Assembly: GCA_965240465.1 (NCBI GenBank)
Contig: OZ251219.1
Location: forward strand, 1,472,001 to 1,536,000
DNA from: a bacterium
GTDB lineage: Bacteria > SAR324 > JACQKK01
DNA: 64,000 nucleotides
Direction of reading: 5' to 3'
Shown: positions 10,470 to 20,104 of the stretch, piece after piece
Layout: each line of letters opens with the position of its first letter
Position numbering within the stretch: the first letter of the stretch is position 1
Made by a program: the position numbers and the translations under genes
Notes under the pieces: model-generated
What the model was told of the DNA's origin: nothing
The model's input: the letters and a program-made list of their open reading frames with translations, nothing else
Database searches by the model: none

Positions 10470-11345
10470 ATGATGTTTGGCTTACTCCCGTCTTTTGAGC
10501 GTTTAGGATATAATGTTTGGGGGTTGCGTACTGCAAGCGGTATCCCAGCGATATTACTACTATTGGGATTTTTGTATTATGCCTCGGTGCAAGTGTTGGG
10601 TATAATGGCTGGAATTGTATGTTCGTGGGCTGGTTGGGAGTTTGGTAGGATGGTGCGTAGCAAAGGAGGTGTTCCGCTACGAGCGGAGTTGATGCTCTGT
10701 TGGGGAGGCTTGTTTGCTATAGGGGCTTGGTTAGGAGGCACAGGTGGCTTGAATGCTATGCTACTACTGGGGATGTTGCAGTTGGTACTGTTAAGCATTT
10801 ATGTTCCAGCATCAACTAATGTAGAAATTGCTAGGGTAAATTCTGTGGTATGGGGTTTTTCAGGACTGGCATTTGTGATTTGGCCTTTAGCACATTTGTT
10901 ATTGCTATTGGGTTTTTATGGTAAGGGTCCTTTGTTACTGTTGTTATTGGTGGTATCAGGAAATGATACTGTCGCATTCTTCGTAGGCAAACAGTGGGGA
11001 AAACGGCCTTTGATACCCACTGTCAGTCCAGGAAAGACTTGGGAGGGTGCGATAGGGGGCTTGCTGGGAGGGGTAATGGCTGCGACTTTAACCTTTCTCA
11101 TATTTCAATACTGGCCTGTATTTAGATTTCAACTTTCCAGTTGGTGGTCGGTACTTTGGTTTGGCAGCTTGCTAAGCATAACTGCACAAGCGGGAGATTT
11201 GATAATCTCGTACATTAAACGTCAATGTGGCATGAAAGACTCTGGTCGCTTCCTACCGGGTCATGGAGGATTGTTAGATCGTATAGATGGATGGTTGTTG
11301 TCTGTGCCATTGGTTTATTATGCTTTGTGGGCAGAGCTGATCTAA
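10470..11345 (+). CDS. cdsA: phosphatidate cytidylyltransferase
   Basis: SPGKTWEG, GDL...KRQCGMKDSG..LPGHGGLLDRID; polytopic membrane protein. Confidence 0.96.
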   Translation: MMFGLLPSFERLGYNVWGLRTASGIPAILLLLGFLYYASVQVLGIMAGIVCSWAGWEFGRMVRSKGGVPLRAELMLCWGGLFAIGAWLGGTGGLNAMLLLGMLQLVLLSIYVPASTNVEIARVNSVVWGFSGLAFVIWPLAHLLLLLGFYGKGPLLLLLLVVSGNDTVAFFVGKQWGKRPLIPTVSPGKTWEGAIGGLLGGVMAATLTFLIFQYWPVFRFQLSSWWSVLWFGSLLSITAQAGDLIISYIKRQCGMKDSGRFLPGHGGLLDRIDGWLLSVPLVYYALWAELI

Positions 11346-11372
11346 GGTTAATATCCATGGAGGCCAAACGGT

Positions 11373-12578
11373 TTGAGGTCAAAAATTCAAAATTTGGTGG
11401 TACTGGGGTCTACTGGTTCGATAGGTAGGGCAACCCTGGATGTTGTACGGCAGATGAGAGACAGTCTGCAAGTATTTGGATTGGCTGCTAATAGTAACCA
11501 TCAAATGTTGGCTGAACAAATTCGCGAATTTCAGCCTGAATTTGCCGTCCTTTCTCAGGGGGGACACGCCATGGAGGCTCTTGTTAAAGCACTGCCTGAC
11601 ACCTCCACTAAGTTGCTTACAGAGGAAGAATCTCTATGCGAATTAGCTTCTCACCCCAAAACTCATCATGTGATGGCTGCTATGGTGGGGGCGATAGGAC
11701 TAAAACCAGTATATGCTGCAGTACAAGCCGGCAAACGAATTTCCCTTGCCAATAAAGAAGTCATGGTCATGGCCGGAGAACTTATTGTTAAACAAGCACA
11801 ACGCAATAATGCTATCTTGCTACCCGTTGATTCTGAACATAACGGTCTCTTCCAATGCCTACAGGCAGCCCAGCAAAATCAGGTGGAAGAACTGATACTG
11901 ACAGCTTCCGGTGGGGCATTGCGAGACACCCCATTGGAAATGCTTCCACACATTACCAAAGCTCAAGCACTTGACCATCCTAACTGGAACATGGGGCAAA
12001 AAATCACCATTGACTCAGCTACCATGATGAATAAAGGTCTTGAGATCATAGAAGCACGCTGGCTATTCAACATTCCCGTTAGTCGTATTAACACACTAAT
12101 TCACCGTGAAAGCATTGTACATGCTATGGTGCGTTTCGTTGATGGTTCCATCTTGGCACAACTAGGCCCCCCTGATATGCGATTGCCTATTGCACACTGT
12201 CTTGCCTGGCCTAAACGCTTGCCCTTGAATTTACCACGGCTGGAAATATCGCAACTGAAGCAGATCTCCTTTCAAAAGACAGACCCCCGACGCTACCCAT
12301 GTCTGGAACTAGTAAGAAAGGCAATCTCCATGGGAGGGGGTATACCAGCAGCCATCAATGGTGCCAATGAAACCATCGTTAATGCTTACTTGAATGATGC
12401 TTTCCCCTTTATAAAAATTCCTCTGCTATTAAAACAAAGCTTGACCGCATTGCAAAAATCCCAGCAACAACCCCATCCACCAGCTGCATTAATGAACATA
12501 CATAGCATAAAGGATGCTCTCATTGCTGATACCGTCGGGCGTCAAATGGCAAGGCAAGCGATAAAAAGCATTTGCTAA
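11373..12578 (+). CDS. dxr: 1-deoxy-D-xylulose-5-phosphate reductoisomerase
   Basis: LGSTGSIG, LANKE, PVDSEH, HPNWNMGQKITIDSATMMNKGLE. Confidence 0.98.
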   Translation: MRSKIQNLVVLGSTGSIGRATLDVVRQMRDSLQVFGLAANSNHQMLAEQIREFQPEFAVLSQGGHAMEALVKALPDTSTKLLTEEESLCELASHPKTHHVMAAMVGAIGLKPVYAAVQAGKRISLANKEVMVMAGELIVKQAQRNNAILLPVDSEHNGLFQCLQAAQQNQVEELILTASGGALRDTPLEMLPHITKAQALDHPNWNMGQKITIDSATMMNKGLEIIEARWLFNIPVSRINTLIHRESIVHAMVRFVDGSILAQLGPPDMRLPIAHCLAWPKRLPLNLPRLEISQLKQISFQKTDPRRYPCLELVRKAISMGGGIPAAINGANETIVNAYLNDAFPFIKIPLLLKQSLTALQKSQQQPHPPAALMNIHSIKDALIADTVGRQMARQAIKSIC

Positions 12579-12674
12579 AGACCTTATTTTTGGATAAAAA
12601 AAATTATTACGCTTGGTTCATGTAGAATGATATAAGTAGAGGAAGGAAGTGAGAGAATACTCCAGAGATTATAA

Positions 12675-13991
12675 ATGTTAACCATCATAGTTTTTATTGC
12701 CGTCATTAGCATATTAGTGTTTGTCCATGAAATGGGACATTTCACAGTTGCCCGTTGGGTTGGCGTAAGGGTGAGGGAATTTTCAATTGGAATGCCTCCC
12801 AAAGCACTGGGCTTCAAGCGAGGCGATACTGAGTACAAAATAGGCTGGCTACCACTTGGAGGCTATGTGCGTCTGGAGGGGCAAAACATTGACGATGAAA
12901 ACCCTTCGGACCCGAATAATTTCGCTGCAAAATCTAAATTCCAACGCTTTCTGATATTGGTAGCTGGTTCTTTTATGAACCTGTTATTCGCGTTGTTATT
13001 GATGTGGGGCTTCTTTTTTCTGGGAAGCAATATCCCAGCCTATCAAATATCTACACCCCTGGTTTCTGCCGTTACTAAAGGAAGTATTGTAGCCAAATCT
13101 GGTATAAAGCAAGGCGACACAATTATCGGTATACAAGGAAACCCCGTTGCTGATTGGAGTGAATTATTCAAAGCTATAGAACTTAATGTCCCCAAAAACG
13201 AGACTATCCTTATAGGCTACCGCAGATTAAATTCGCTGAATGAAAACACTGTTAGCATTAAATCTAAGGACATCCTTAAAGAACAGGCTGATTTTCTAGG
13301 CCTCATCCCCCATCAACCGGCGATCGTAGGCGGATTTAGCACTGGTTCTGCTGCCAAAAAAGCTGGGCTAAAGGTAGGAGACACGGTGACAAGCATTAAT
13401 GGCAAAGTTATAGAAAGTTGGTATGAGCTATCACAGATAGTGCGAGCTAGTGATGGTCGATTATTGAACTTAGAAATTATTAGAGACGGCAGACAAATCA
13501 CCACTAAAGTGATACCAAGAATAGTCGATAACCGCCCGCTGATAGGCGTCACCCCGCCTACGGTCAAGAAAAAACAGCCGTTTTTCTCATCTTTCTACTC
13601 AGCCGTTAAGAGATTGGGAGATATCACTGTAAGCACCGTGGTGTTTTTGGGGAAACTTGTTACAGGCCGAGCCTCATTTGATGTTCTTGGAGGTCCTGTT
13701 ATGATCGGAGCCGCTCTGGGTTCAGCAGCCCAAAAAGGCTTTTCTGACTTATTATTTCTTACTTCTTTTATCAGCCTACAGTTAGGGATATTTAACCTAC
13801 TACCTATTCCTGTTTTGGATGGCGGACATATCTTCATACTGGGATTGGAAGGGGTGTCCAGAAAGTCTATCAGTCCTAAATTGCGTGAGCGCATTCAAAT
13901 ACTGGGAATGGTTTTCTTAATTGGCCTCATCCTACTGGTGACTTTTAATGATGTCTGGAGGCTAATCACCGACCGATCTTTCGGTTTTTAG
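12675..13991 (+). CDS. rseP: RIP metalloprotease RseP
   Basis: HEMGH, LPLGGYV, two PDZ-like segments, FNLLPIPVLDGG. Confidence 0.96.
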   Translation: MLTIIVFIAVISILVFVHEMGHFTVARWVGVRVREFSIGMPPKALGFKRGDTEYKIGWLPLGGYVRLEGQNIDDENPSDPNNFAAKSKFQRFLILVAGSFMNLLFALLLMWGFFFLGSNIPAYQISTPLVSAVTKGSIVAKSGIKQGDTIIGIQGNPVADWSELFKAIELNVPKNETILIGYRRLNSLNENTVSIKSKDILKEQADFLGLIPHQPAIVGGFSTGSAAKKAGLKVGDTVTSINGKVIESWYELSQIVRASDGRLLNLEIIRDGRQITTKVIPRIVDNRPLIGVTPPTVKKKQPFFSSFYSAVKRLGDITVSTVVFLGKLVTGRASFDVLGGPVMIGAALGSAAQKGFSDLLFLTSFISLQLGIFNLLPIPVLDGGHIFILGLEGVSRKSISPKLRERIQILGMVFLIGLILLVTFNDVWRLITDRSFGF

Positions 13992-14011
13992 GCAGAAAAT
14001 CGGGTGGTTCT

Positions 14012-14755
14012 ATGCCTGCTAAACAACGCTTAGACAGGCTGTTAGTAGAGCGCGGCTTAATTGATTCTCGTGAGAAAGCACAAGCTCTGATTATGGCGGG
14101 TAGGGTTTGCGTGGAGGGTGTTTCTCGTCTTAAAGCAGGGGAGTTGGTATTGGCGAGAGCTAATATAAAAGTGAAGTTTCCTCCTCACCCATTTGTGAGC
14201 CGTGGCGGGCAAAAATTAGCGACGGCACTCAGTCATTTTAATCTTGATCCTAAAGGGATAACAGCACTGGACATTGGTGCCTCTACAGGCGGATTTACCC
14301 ACTGTTTGCTCCTGAATGGTGCTACTAAGGTGATAGCGCTGGATGTCGGGTATGGACAGTTGGCTTGGGAACTACGTAAACATCCAAGTGTGGAGGTCAT
14401 GGAGAACGTCAACATTCGGCATTTGCCCGCAGGAAGTCTACCATTGATGGACTGGCTAGTTGTGGATGTCTCGTTTATATCTTTGAAAATCGTGTTGCGG
14501 AGTGCCGCATGCTTTCTTAAGAGTGGCGGGACTGTAATAGCCTTGGTTAAACCTCAGTTTGAGGCAGGCATACGGAATGTAAAAAAAGGCGGTAAAGTTG
14601 ATTCCAATGAGATACATGAAGAAGTCTTAAAGGAAATACTGCATTGTGGAAAAAATCTCGGCTGGCAATCACTAGGAATCACACCATCGCCTATAACAGG
14701 TAAGAAATCTGGCAACAAGGAATTTCTGGCCGCTTGGCACAGTCCCAAAAACTAG
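14012..14755 (+). CDS. tlyA: TlyA family rRNA methyltransferase
   Basis: RLDRLL S4 domain, VSRGGQKL, DIGASTGGFT, DVSFISL, LVKPQFE. Confidence 0.95.
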   Translation: MPAKQRLDRLLVERGLIDSREKAQALIMAGRVCVEGVSRLKAGELVLARANIKVKFPPHPFVSRGGQKLATALSHFNLDPKGITALDIGASTGGFTHCLLLNGATKVIALDVGYGQLAWELRKHPSVEVMENVNIRHLPAGSLPLMDWLVVDVSFISLKIVLRSAACFLKSGGTVIALVKPQFEAGIRNVKKGGKVDSNEIHEEVLKEILHCGKNLGWQSLGITPSPITGKKSGNKEFLAAWHSPKN

Positions 14756-14784
14756 CTCTGGCAGCTGAGATGGTTTGATATATC

Positions 14785-15573
14785 TCAATATTTTTTTGGA
14801 TCTGTTTTTATGTTCATGTATATTTGCCGTTTTGCTTGGGTAAATTTTTCTATAGAGTAACGTAGCATCGTACGGGGCATATTATGAGCGTGTTTATTGA
14901 GGAATTCTTCCAAGGTAAGTTGGTTTATTTTGCCTGCTTCACGCAACATCCAGCCCACTGCCTTGTGGATTAGGTCGTGGGGATCATGTAGAAGGCATTC
15001 TGCTATGCCAAAGGTATCCTGCAAATCTTCTTGGCGAATGAAATACATCGTCGCTACAATGGCGATGCGGCGACGCCAAAGATTATCTGATTGTGTCCAC
15101 TGGTACAGGAGCTTCCGAGAAGTAGAATACAAATGAGATCCAACAATAGTAGGAGCACTAATATCAACCAAATCCCAGTTATTAACTCGCTCCATCTTTT
15201 CTAAGTATAGATTATGTATAAGTTGGCGTTGCTGCGGGTTACATTTTCGGTATCTCATAACCATGATTATCAAGGCCAGCATGCGTTCTTCGTGAAATTT
15301 TGAATCTAATAATTCAACCAATACAGCTGAGGATGCTTGTTCAAATTTGCACGCACAACGGCGTATGTCGGGCACGACAATGCCCATAAAATGGTCGCCT
15401 TCTCCATATTGACCAGGCCCGGTTTTGAAAAAACGAGGGTAAAATACAGCCTTTTCAGCACAGATAAAATGCTTCATTTGCACGCGGATAGCCATTATAT
15501 CGGCTGTTGTAGCACCCTCTGTAGAAATAGCTTTTGTCACCGGTTTACTCAGCAAGATAGATTGAGAGTTCAT
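14785..15573 (-). CDS. DNA alkylation repair protein (AlkD-like)
   Basis: FFKTGPGQYGEGD, NNWDLVD, WRRRIAIV, LIHKAVGWMLRE, MPRTMLRYSIE. Confidence 0.9.
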   Translation of the reverse strand: MNSQSILLSKPVTKAISTEGATTADIMAIRVQMKHFICAEKAVFYPRFFKTGPGQYGEGDHFMGIVVPDIRRCACKFEQASSAVLVELLDSKFHEERMLALIIMVMRYRKCNPQQRQLIHNLYLEKMERVNNWDLVDISAPTIVGSHLYSTSRKLLYQWTQSDNLWRRRIAIVATMYFIRQEDLQDTFGIAECLLHDPHDLIHKAVGWMLREAGKINQLTLEEFLNKHAHNMPRTMLRYSIEKFTQAKRQIYMNIKTDPKKY

Positions 15574-15584
15574 ATCAAAGTAAG

Positions 15585-15656
15585 CTCCCCGAGCAAGATT
15601 CGAACTTGCGACCTAGTGGTTAACAGCCACCCGCTCTACCGCTGAGCTATCGGGGA
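15585..15656 (-). tRNA. tRNA-Asn(GTT), CCA not encoded
   Basis: Reverse complement TCCCCGATAGCTCAGCGGTAGAGCGGGTGGCTGTTAACCACTAGGTCGCAAGTTCGAATCTTGCTCGGGGAG folds as a cloverleaf with GTT anticodon. Confidence 0.97.
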
Positions 15657-15816
15657 ATGTGTTACATAAGATAATGCAACAGGCACTTAAGCATATCGCA
15701 AAACAAATTGATAAAGTCAAATTGTCATCAAACTTAGTACACAATCAAACCACAATAGCAAGGTGATACTTGTTTAGGCATCTTGATGAAAGCACCAGCT
15801 AACATTATGTTGCTAT

Positions 15817-16716
15817 TTAAGGATTATTGCCACTGCTATTATCTTTCCAATGAGCACGCACTGTAAGTACACCCCGGGGTGAATTGACATCCAACGGCTC
15901 GTTGTCCAGACGCAGGTAGCGTGTACTGAGTACGTGAACAGCATCAACATCTCCTTGCTCTATCAGGGATACTAATTCTTGTCCCGTGCTGGATAGAACA
16001 TCTAGTAGCAACACTTTCTCATCTGATTGGACATTAAAAAATGGATGGGGCAAGGCGTTCATGTTCTCATTTTTAATAGCTTGAGTTAATTCTACTTCTT
16101 CCCAGCAATTATCATCACTTAAGACATGGAGGCATGCACGCATTTGATCTGGAGTATTGGCATCAGTAATCTTTGGCTGATTATTTTTCAATCTACGATA
16201 GTAAACAGATCCATTACGAAGGATAGTTTTCTCTGTGTCCAAGCTATTTGCCCATGGCGGATCTTGGGTAGTTGTAGCACTAATTATTTCCCCTTGGCTG
16301 TTTAGACGCAGAAAAATAAACATTGGGATTTCACCATAGCCTAAATCATACGGTGGCGATGATCGCAGATATTTGAATGATACTGCAGCCGGGTTATTAA
16401 TGCTAATTCCTGGAGCATATGTGAGGTGGATAGTAATATGTGCCTGAGTCCGGTTTATTCCATAGCCTCCAAATGATAAATCAGCAAAAGAATTAAATTT
16501 GACTCTTGGCAAAAAATAGTAAGTATTAAATAAAAAAAACCTATTATTTGTATCACTAAAATGGTTAATTGAACTTCCTATATTTATACCTCTCGGTTTT
16601 ATTTTTGGGGCTCCATATTCACCCATAGCTACAGCAGAAAAATTATCGTAGAGTTGATTCATTTTTGATGCAGTTAGTACATCTCCAATGTTGAAATCAA
16701 GATTAGACCATACCAT
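15817..16716 (-). CDS. putative tail fibre/receptor-binding protein (start ATG 16716, GGAG RBS)
   Basis: N-terminus MVWSNLDFNIGDVLTASKMNQLYDN resembles phage fibre anchors; last gene of the tail module. Confidence 0.55.
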   Translation of the reverse strand: MVWSNLDFNIGDVLTASKMNQLYDNFSAVAMGEYGAPKIKPRGINIGSSINHFSDTNNRFFLFNTYYFLPRVKFNSFADLSFGGYGINRTQAHITIHLTYAPGISINNPAAVSFKYLRSSPPYDLGYGEIPMFIFLRLNSQGEIISATTTQDPPWANSLDTEKTILRNGSVYYRRLKNNQPKITDANTPDQMRACLHVLSDDNCWEEVELTQAIKNENMNALPHPFFNVQSDEKVLLLDVLSSTGQELVSLIEQGDVDAVHVLSTRYLRLDNEPLDVNSPRGVLTVRAHWKDNSSGNNP

Positions 16717-16787
16717 ATAATTCTCCAAATTTATGATTAACAAAAAGCTAACGCTTATTAAATATATCAATTAGTATAAAAAATTAA

Positions 16788-17981
16788 TTACACTAATAAA
16801 AATCTTTGATCATCTAGTTGTCCACGTACAGGATGATCTAATTTTAATCCAAGTTGCTCTTGCATTGTATTGAGCAAGCTAATTTTAATGGAACATTTCT
16901 GCATATCAATTTCTTGAGACATAACCCGCCAAGGTATATCTAGATCTACCCCAAAATTTTCTCTTTGCTCCATAGTAATTATTTCTCCCGGTTTGCAAAG
17001 AATGGCAGCCAAAGTACTATCTACAGTTATTTTAGTAGAAGGTTCCTCAAGCGTATACAGAGTACTCCTAGCAGTATAGTTAGCATCGGTATGAGAGATA
17101 TGCCATATATTATTGCTCTTTAGTATCAATTTACGTTCACCAAAACGATTAATTGATTCATCATTTCGTGCTTCAGCTACAGTACTCCAAGTACGATTTT
17201 GAGTAGAATAATCTGCATGTACAAAAATACTATTTTTTACACTCTTAGGAGAAGTTTGTACCTGTATATTTGAAATGTACTTAGAAATAAGAGTGTGGTG
17301 AGTAGTAGGACGGGAAGTTATTTGAGAAAAACTAATCCTGCCATCTTCAATATAAATTGCAGAGCGTGCTATATCTGCTAATTGGCGTAAAGCATATCCC
17401 AATTTTGTATCCTTAAAATATGCTTTCATGCGAATATTATTCTCTCTCCAGATTGTTTCCCAATTGGAAAAAGAATTATAATTTATATCTGGATTATTGT
17501 TATTCTTTAAAGAAGAAAGTCCTCCATAGCTGGTAAGTAATAACCATGCTAATTCTGAGGGTAAGTATCTTGACCCGGTTAGATCAAGAGGTTGTTCATT
17601 TCCTAATAATACTTCTGTTACTTTGCTGATATTATCCTGTGCTTGCAGGAGAATATAGTTTTCCAAGATGGATGCTTGTTCCAAACGCCCTTGGAATAAA
17701 GTGATATATTGATATCCTGTGATTCTGTGTACCCATCCTAAGCGGATTTTACATACAGTAAGTAAAGCCTCATTGCTGGCTAATTTTTCTGCCAGAGCGT
17801 TTTTATAGGCAAGTTTAATGGATATAGTGACTGGACGCAGATTGTTCCATTCACGATTGACACGCGGCCATTGTTGTACTAGATGAGATATGTCTTCATT
17901 ATCAAGTATTAATTGCCTTTTTGGACGTGATAATGACGCCCTCATTTGTTGCCTAAACCATGAAGAAACCGAGTAAGACAT
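16788..17981 (-). CDS. putative tail tip/baseplate hub protein
   Basis: Position after the Dit-like gene; 397 aa; SINRFGER and C-terminal LKLDHPVRGQLD motifs resemble tail-tip proteins. Confidence 0.55.
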   Translation of the reverse strand: MSYSVSSWFRQQMRASLSRPKRQLILDNEDISHLVQQWPRVNREWNNLRPVTISIKLAYKNALAEKLASNEALLTVCKIRLGWVHRITGYQYITLFQGRLEQASILENYILLQAQDNISKVTEVLLGNEQPLDLTGSRYLPSELAWLLLTSYGGLSSLKNNNNPDINYNSFSNWETIWRENNIRMKAYFKDTKLGYALRQLADIARSAIYIEDGRISFSQITSRPTTHHTLISKYISNIQVQTSPKSVKNSIFVHADYSTQNRTWSTVAEARNDESINRFGERKLILKSNNIWHISHTDANYTARSTLYTLEEPSTKITVDSTLAAILCKPGEIITMEQRENFGVDLDIPWRVMSQEIDMQKCSIKISLLNTMQEQLGLKLDHPVRGQLDDQRFLLV

Positions 17982-18017
17982 AAGCTATTCCGTACATAAA
18001 ATATTTTGGGACTGAAA

Positions 18018-18398
18018 CTAGGGTATAATTTGGTAAGATTCTAGTTCTATTTTGCCTCGATAGCGGTTTGCATAAGGGAGAACATGTTGTCCCAATGGTA
18101 TCCTGCGATTGACCAAGATAACCTGATAAAGAGGTGTTGCAGTACCGTCTTCCCAGAATAAGGGGGTATTGTTTTGCCACCATCTGTTGATGAGTTCTGC
18201 TTCTTCGGTTTCCATGTGGCTGACGGAGAATCGCCAGCGTAGCCATTTACCAAAATTGTAGCGGAACATGTTACCAGCTTGTGTTCGGATGCTGGATTCA
18301 ATTTTTTGATGATCTCGGATGTAGTTGTATTCGGGATGCAGAGCTACGTTTGTTGACGAGTTTGCAAAGAGCAAGTATTTGCGAGAGTTATCGGTCAT
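18018..18398 (-). CDS. putative distal tail (Dit-like) protein
   Basis: 126 aa directly after the tape measure gene; RTQAG...Y pattern; mainly synteny. Confidence 0.5.
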   Translation of the reverse strand: MTDNSRKYLLFANSSTNVALHPEYNYIRDHQKIESSIRTQAGNMFRYNFGKWLRWRFSVSHMETEEAELINRWWQNNTPLFWEDGTATPLYQVILVNRRIPLGQHVLPYANRYRGKIELESYQIIP

Positions 18399-18423
18399 AT
18401 TTGATTAGGGGATTAGGAGTGTA

Positions 18424-19446
18424 TCAAGTTTCGGTGGCAAATTTTGGATAGACACCACTTTCATAAAGAGAATCCATGGCACCGTAGATTCTAACGGCCA
18501 ATAATTCCCTAAGGTCTCGTTCGTCCATACGCAGTAGGGAATCTATGTGGGTAGCGTTTTCCAAGATATGTACCTCCATTTGCTGAACTACGATGTTGCC
18601 TTGGGAGGAATCTTGCTTGTCTATAAATTGGGTTAAATCTTTATTTTGTGAAGGGGATAGTATTCGTTCGCCTTTATCTAAGAGATAGGTTTGCTCTTTT
18701 GGGACAAAAGAAAGACCACCATGTGCGGCTGGGGGATTTTGCTTAGCAATAGAACTCGCAAGAGCCAATCCGCTAGCTAGCTCAGCAGCTGCTACTACTG
18801 GTCCTAATGGCCAAGGAATCTCAGCTGCAGCTTTAGAAGCACGCAAATATGCAGCAATAAGGGATTGCCCAGATGCAATAGCCTTATAAGCTTGGAATCC
18901 CCGGATACCTTGACTTTTAGATATTGTTGCTAAGCGTCCTAATCCATCGGAAACCGATTGCAAGCGTGCCAGATTCTCAGATCTTTGCAGTGCAGTGAGG
19001 CTTTTTTCATGTTCGGAGTGTAGCTGCTGTAATTGATTATTATGCTGCTTAGTGCGGTTGATCTCGTAAGATTGGGATTTAGAAACATTGGCTTCTTTTT
19101 GCAGATCATGTTCGCTTTGTTGTTGGATAATTTGCTCATTTTCTAAGGCTTTTGCTTCAAGGTACTGCTTAGATTGGTTTCGTTCCAAATCGTTGCGGTG
19201 ATTAAGGTAATCGGCACGTTGTGCGAGTGAAGCTTCGTCATTAGCAGATTGGCGCGCCTGGGTATGAGCCTGATTATTGGCACTTTCTTGGGTAACGCGG
19301 TTTGTTTCTTTAGTTGATTGGCTTATTATCCGATTACTTTCCTGTATGTCATTGGCACTAGTAAGTGAACGTTTGCCCATGCGTTCTACAGTAGCAGAAA
19401 AGGCATCGCGAGCTTCAATAACAAAGGATATTTTTTGTTCGGGCAT
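18424..19446 (-). CDS. short tail tape measure protein
   Basis: N-terminal FVIEARDAFS, Q/E/A-rich helical middle, C-terminal AHGGLSFVPKEQTYLLDKGERILS; follows the chaperone pair. Confidence 0.75.
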   Translation of the reverse strand: MPEQKISFVIEARDAFSATVERMGKRSLTSANDIQESNRIISQSTKETNRVTQESANNQAHTQARQSANDEASLAQRADYLNHRNDLERNQSKQYLEAKALENEQIIQQQSEHDLQKEANVSKSQSYEINRTKQHNNQLQQLHSEHEKSLTALQRSENLARLQSVSDGLGRLATISKSQGIRGFQAYKAIASGQSLIAAYLRASKAAAEIPWPLGPVVAAAELASGLALASSIAKQNPPAAHGGLSFVPKEQTYLLDKGERILSPSQNKDLTQFIDKQDSSQGNIVVQQMEVHILENATHIDSLLRMDERDLRELLAVRIYGAMDSLYESGVYPKFATET

Positions 19447-19496
19447 GGTACGTAAAAAATAAATGGCAATAGATTGAAAGCAATAAGGATAAAATG

Positions 19497-19742
19497 TTAA
19501 TGAGAAGAAGATGCTTGTATGCGATACATTTCACTGGTTATCCATTCAAAGATTTCCACTACATGATGAGGTTGTTCGGCATAACATCTACCGTCGGGCC
19601 AGGCTGTTTGCATCCACCCACCTTGCAGATATGCGTGGCAATTTTTCCAAGCATCCCACCATGTGTAAATAGATAACCCGGCAACTGTAAGAGGCGCCAT
19701 CAATCGCATGCCTTCGGCAATACGGTGGATGGCGCGGCGGAC
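19497..19742 (-). CDS. tail assembly chaperone C-terminal extension (gpGT-like), reached by -1 frameshift
   Basis: Open -1 frame from the slippery site: VRRAIHRIAEGMRLMAPL...WPDGRCYAEQPHHVVEIFEW. Confidence 0.7.
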   Translation of the reverse strand, partial: VRRAIHRIAEGMRLMAPLTVAGLSIYTWWDAWKNCHAYLQGGWMQTAWPDGRCYAEQPHHVVEIFEWITSEMYRIQASSSH

Positions 19743-19762
19743 TTTTTTTCGCTGGGTTCCTC
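19694..19762 (-). promoter_or_regulatory. programmed -1 ribosomal frameshift signal
   Basis: GAGG upstream; A_AAA_AAG at 19748-19742; 6-nt spacer; stem GCGCCATC/GATGGCGC (19735-19728 with 19701-19694). Confidence 0.8.
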
Positions 19763-20095
19763 TTCCTGCAGTTGTCCACCGCGAATCAAAGTAGCTAACA
19801 AGGCATCTACTAGAGGACTAAAATACTGATGTTCTAAGACATCCTCTAAACTGGCTGACACGCCTTTAATCTTAAATCCAGAAAATGAAGTAATATAATC
19901 AGGGAGTATCTGTACCCCTATTTCTTGTAACCGTAGATTTTGCTCCCAAGCATTACTGGGAGAATTTTCTTCTGTAGGATGTAAATAGGGAAGCAGACTA
20001 AGCATATCTTTGCGTTTCAATGCCCGCATACTACCAGTGATAGTATGTCCATCAAATAATATACTGAATTCAAACTGTGGTAAAAATTCTTTCAT
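19700..20095 (-). CDS. tail assembly chaperone (gpG-like)
   Basis: 131 aa between tail tube and tape measure genes, with in-frame A AAA AAG near its end. Confidence 0.7.
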   Translation of the reverse strand: MKEFLPQFEFSILFDGHTITGSMRALKRKDMLSLLPYLHPTEENSPSNAWEQNLRLQEIGVQILPDYITSFSGFKIKGVSASLEDVLEHQYFSPLVDALLATLIRGGQLQEEEPSEKKSAAPSTVLPKACD

Positions 20096-20104
20096 GATAA
20101 ATTC

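Noticed and set aside
15585-15656. Missing encoded CCA on tRNA-Asn and tmRNA
   Set aside because: Common in bacteria that use a CCA-adding enzyme; not evidence of pseudogenes.
15817-16716. Diversity-generating retroelement target in the fibre gene
   Set aside because: No reverse transcriptase and no template/variable repeat pair seen in the window.
19588-19779. 63-aa ORF as the frameshift product
   Set aside because: It is in the other frame; a -1 slip at 19742 leads into the 19497-19709 frame.
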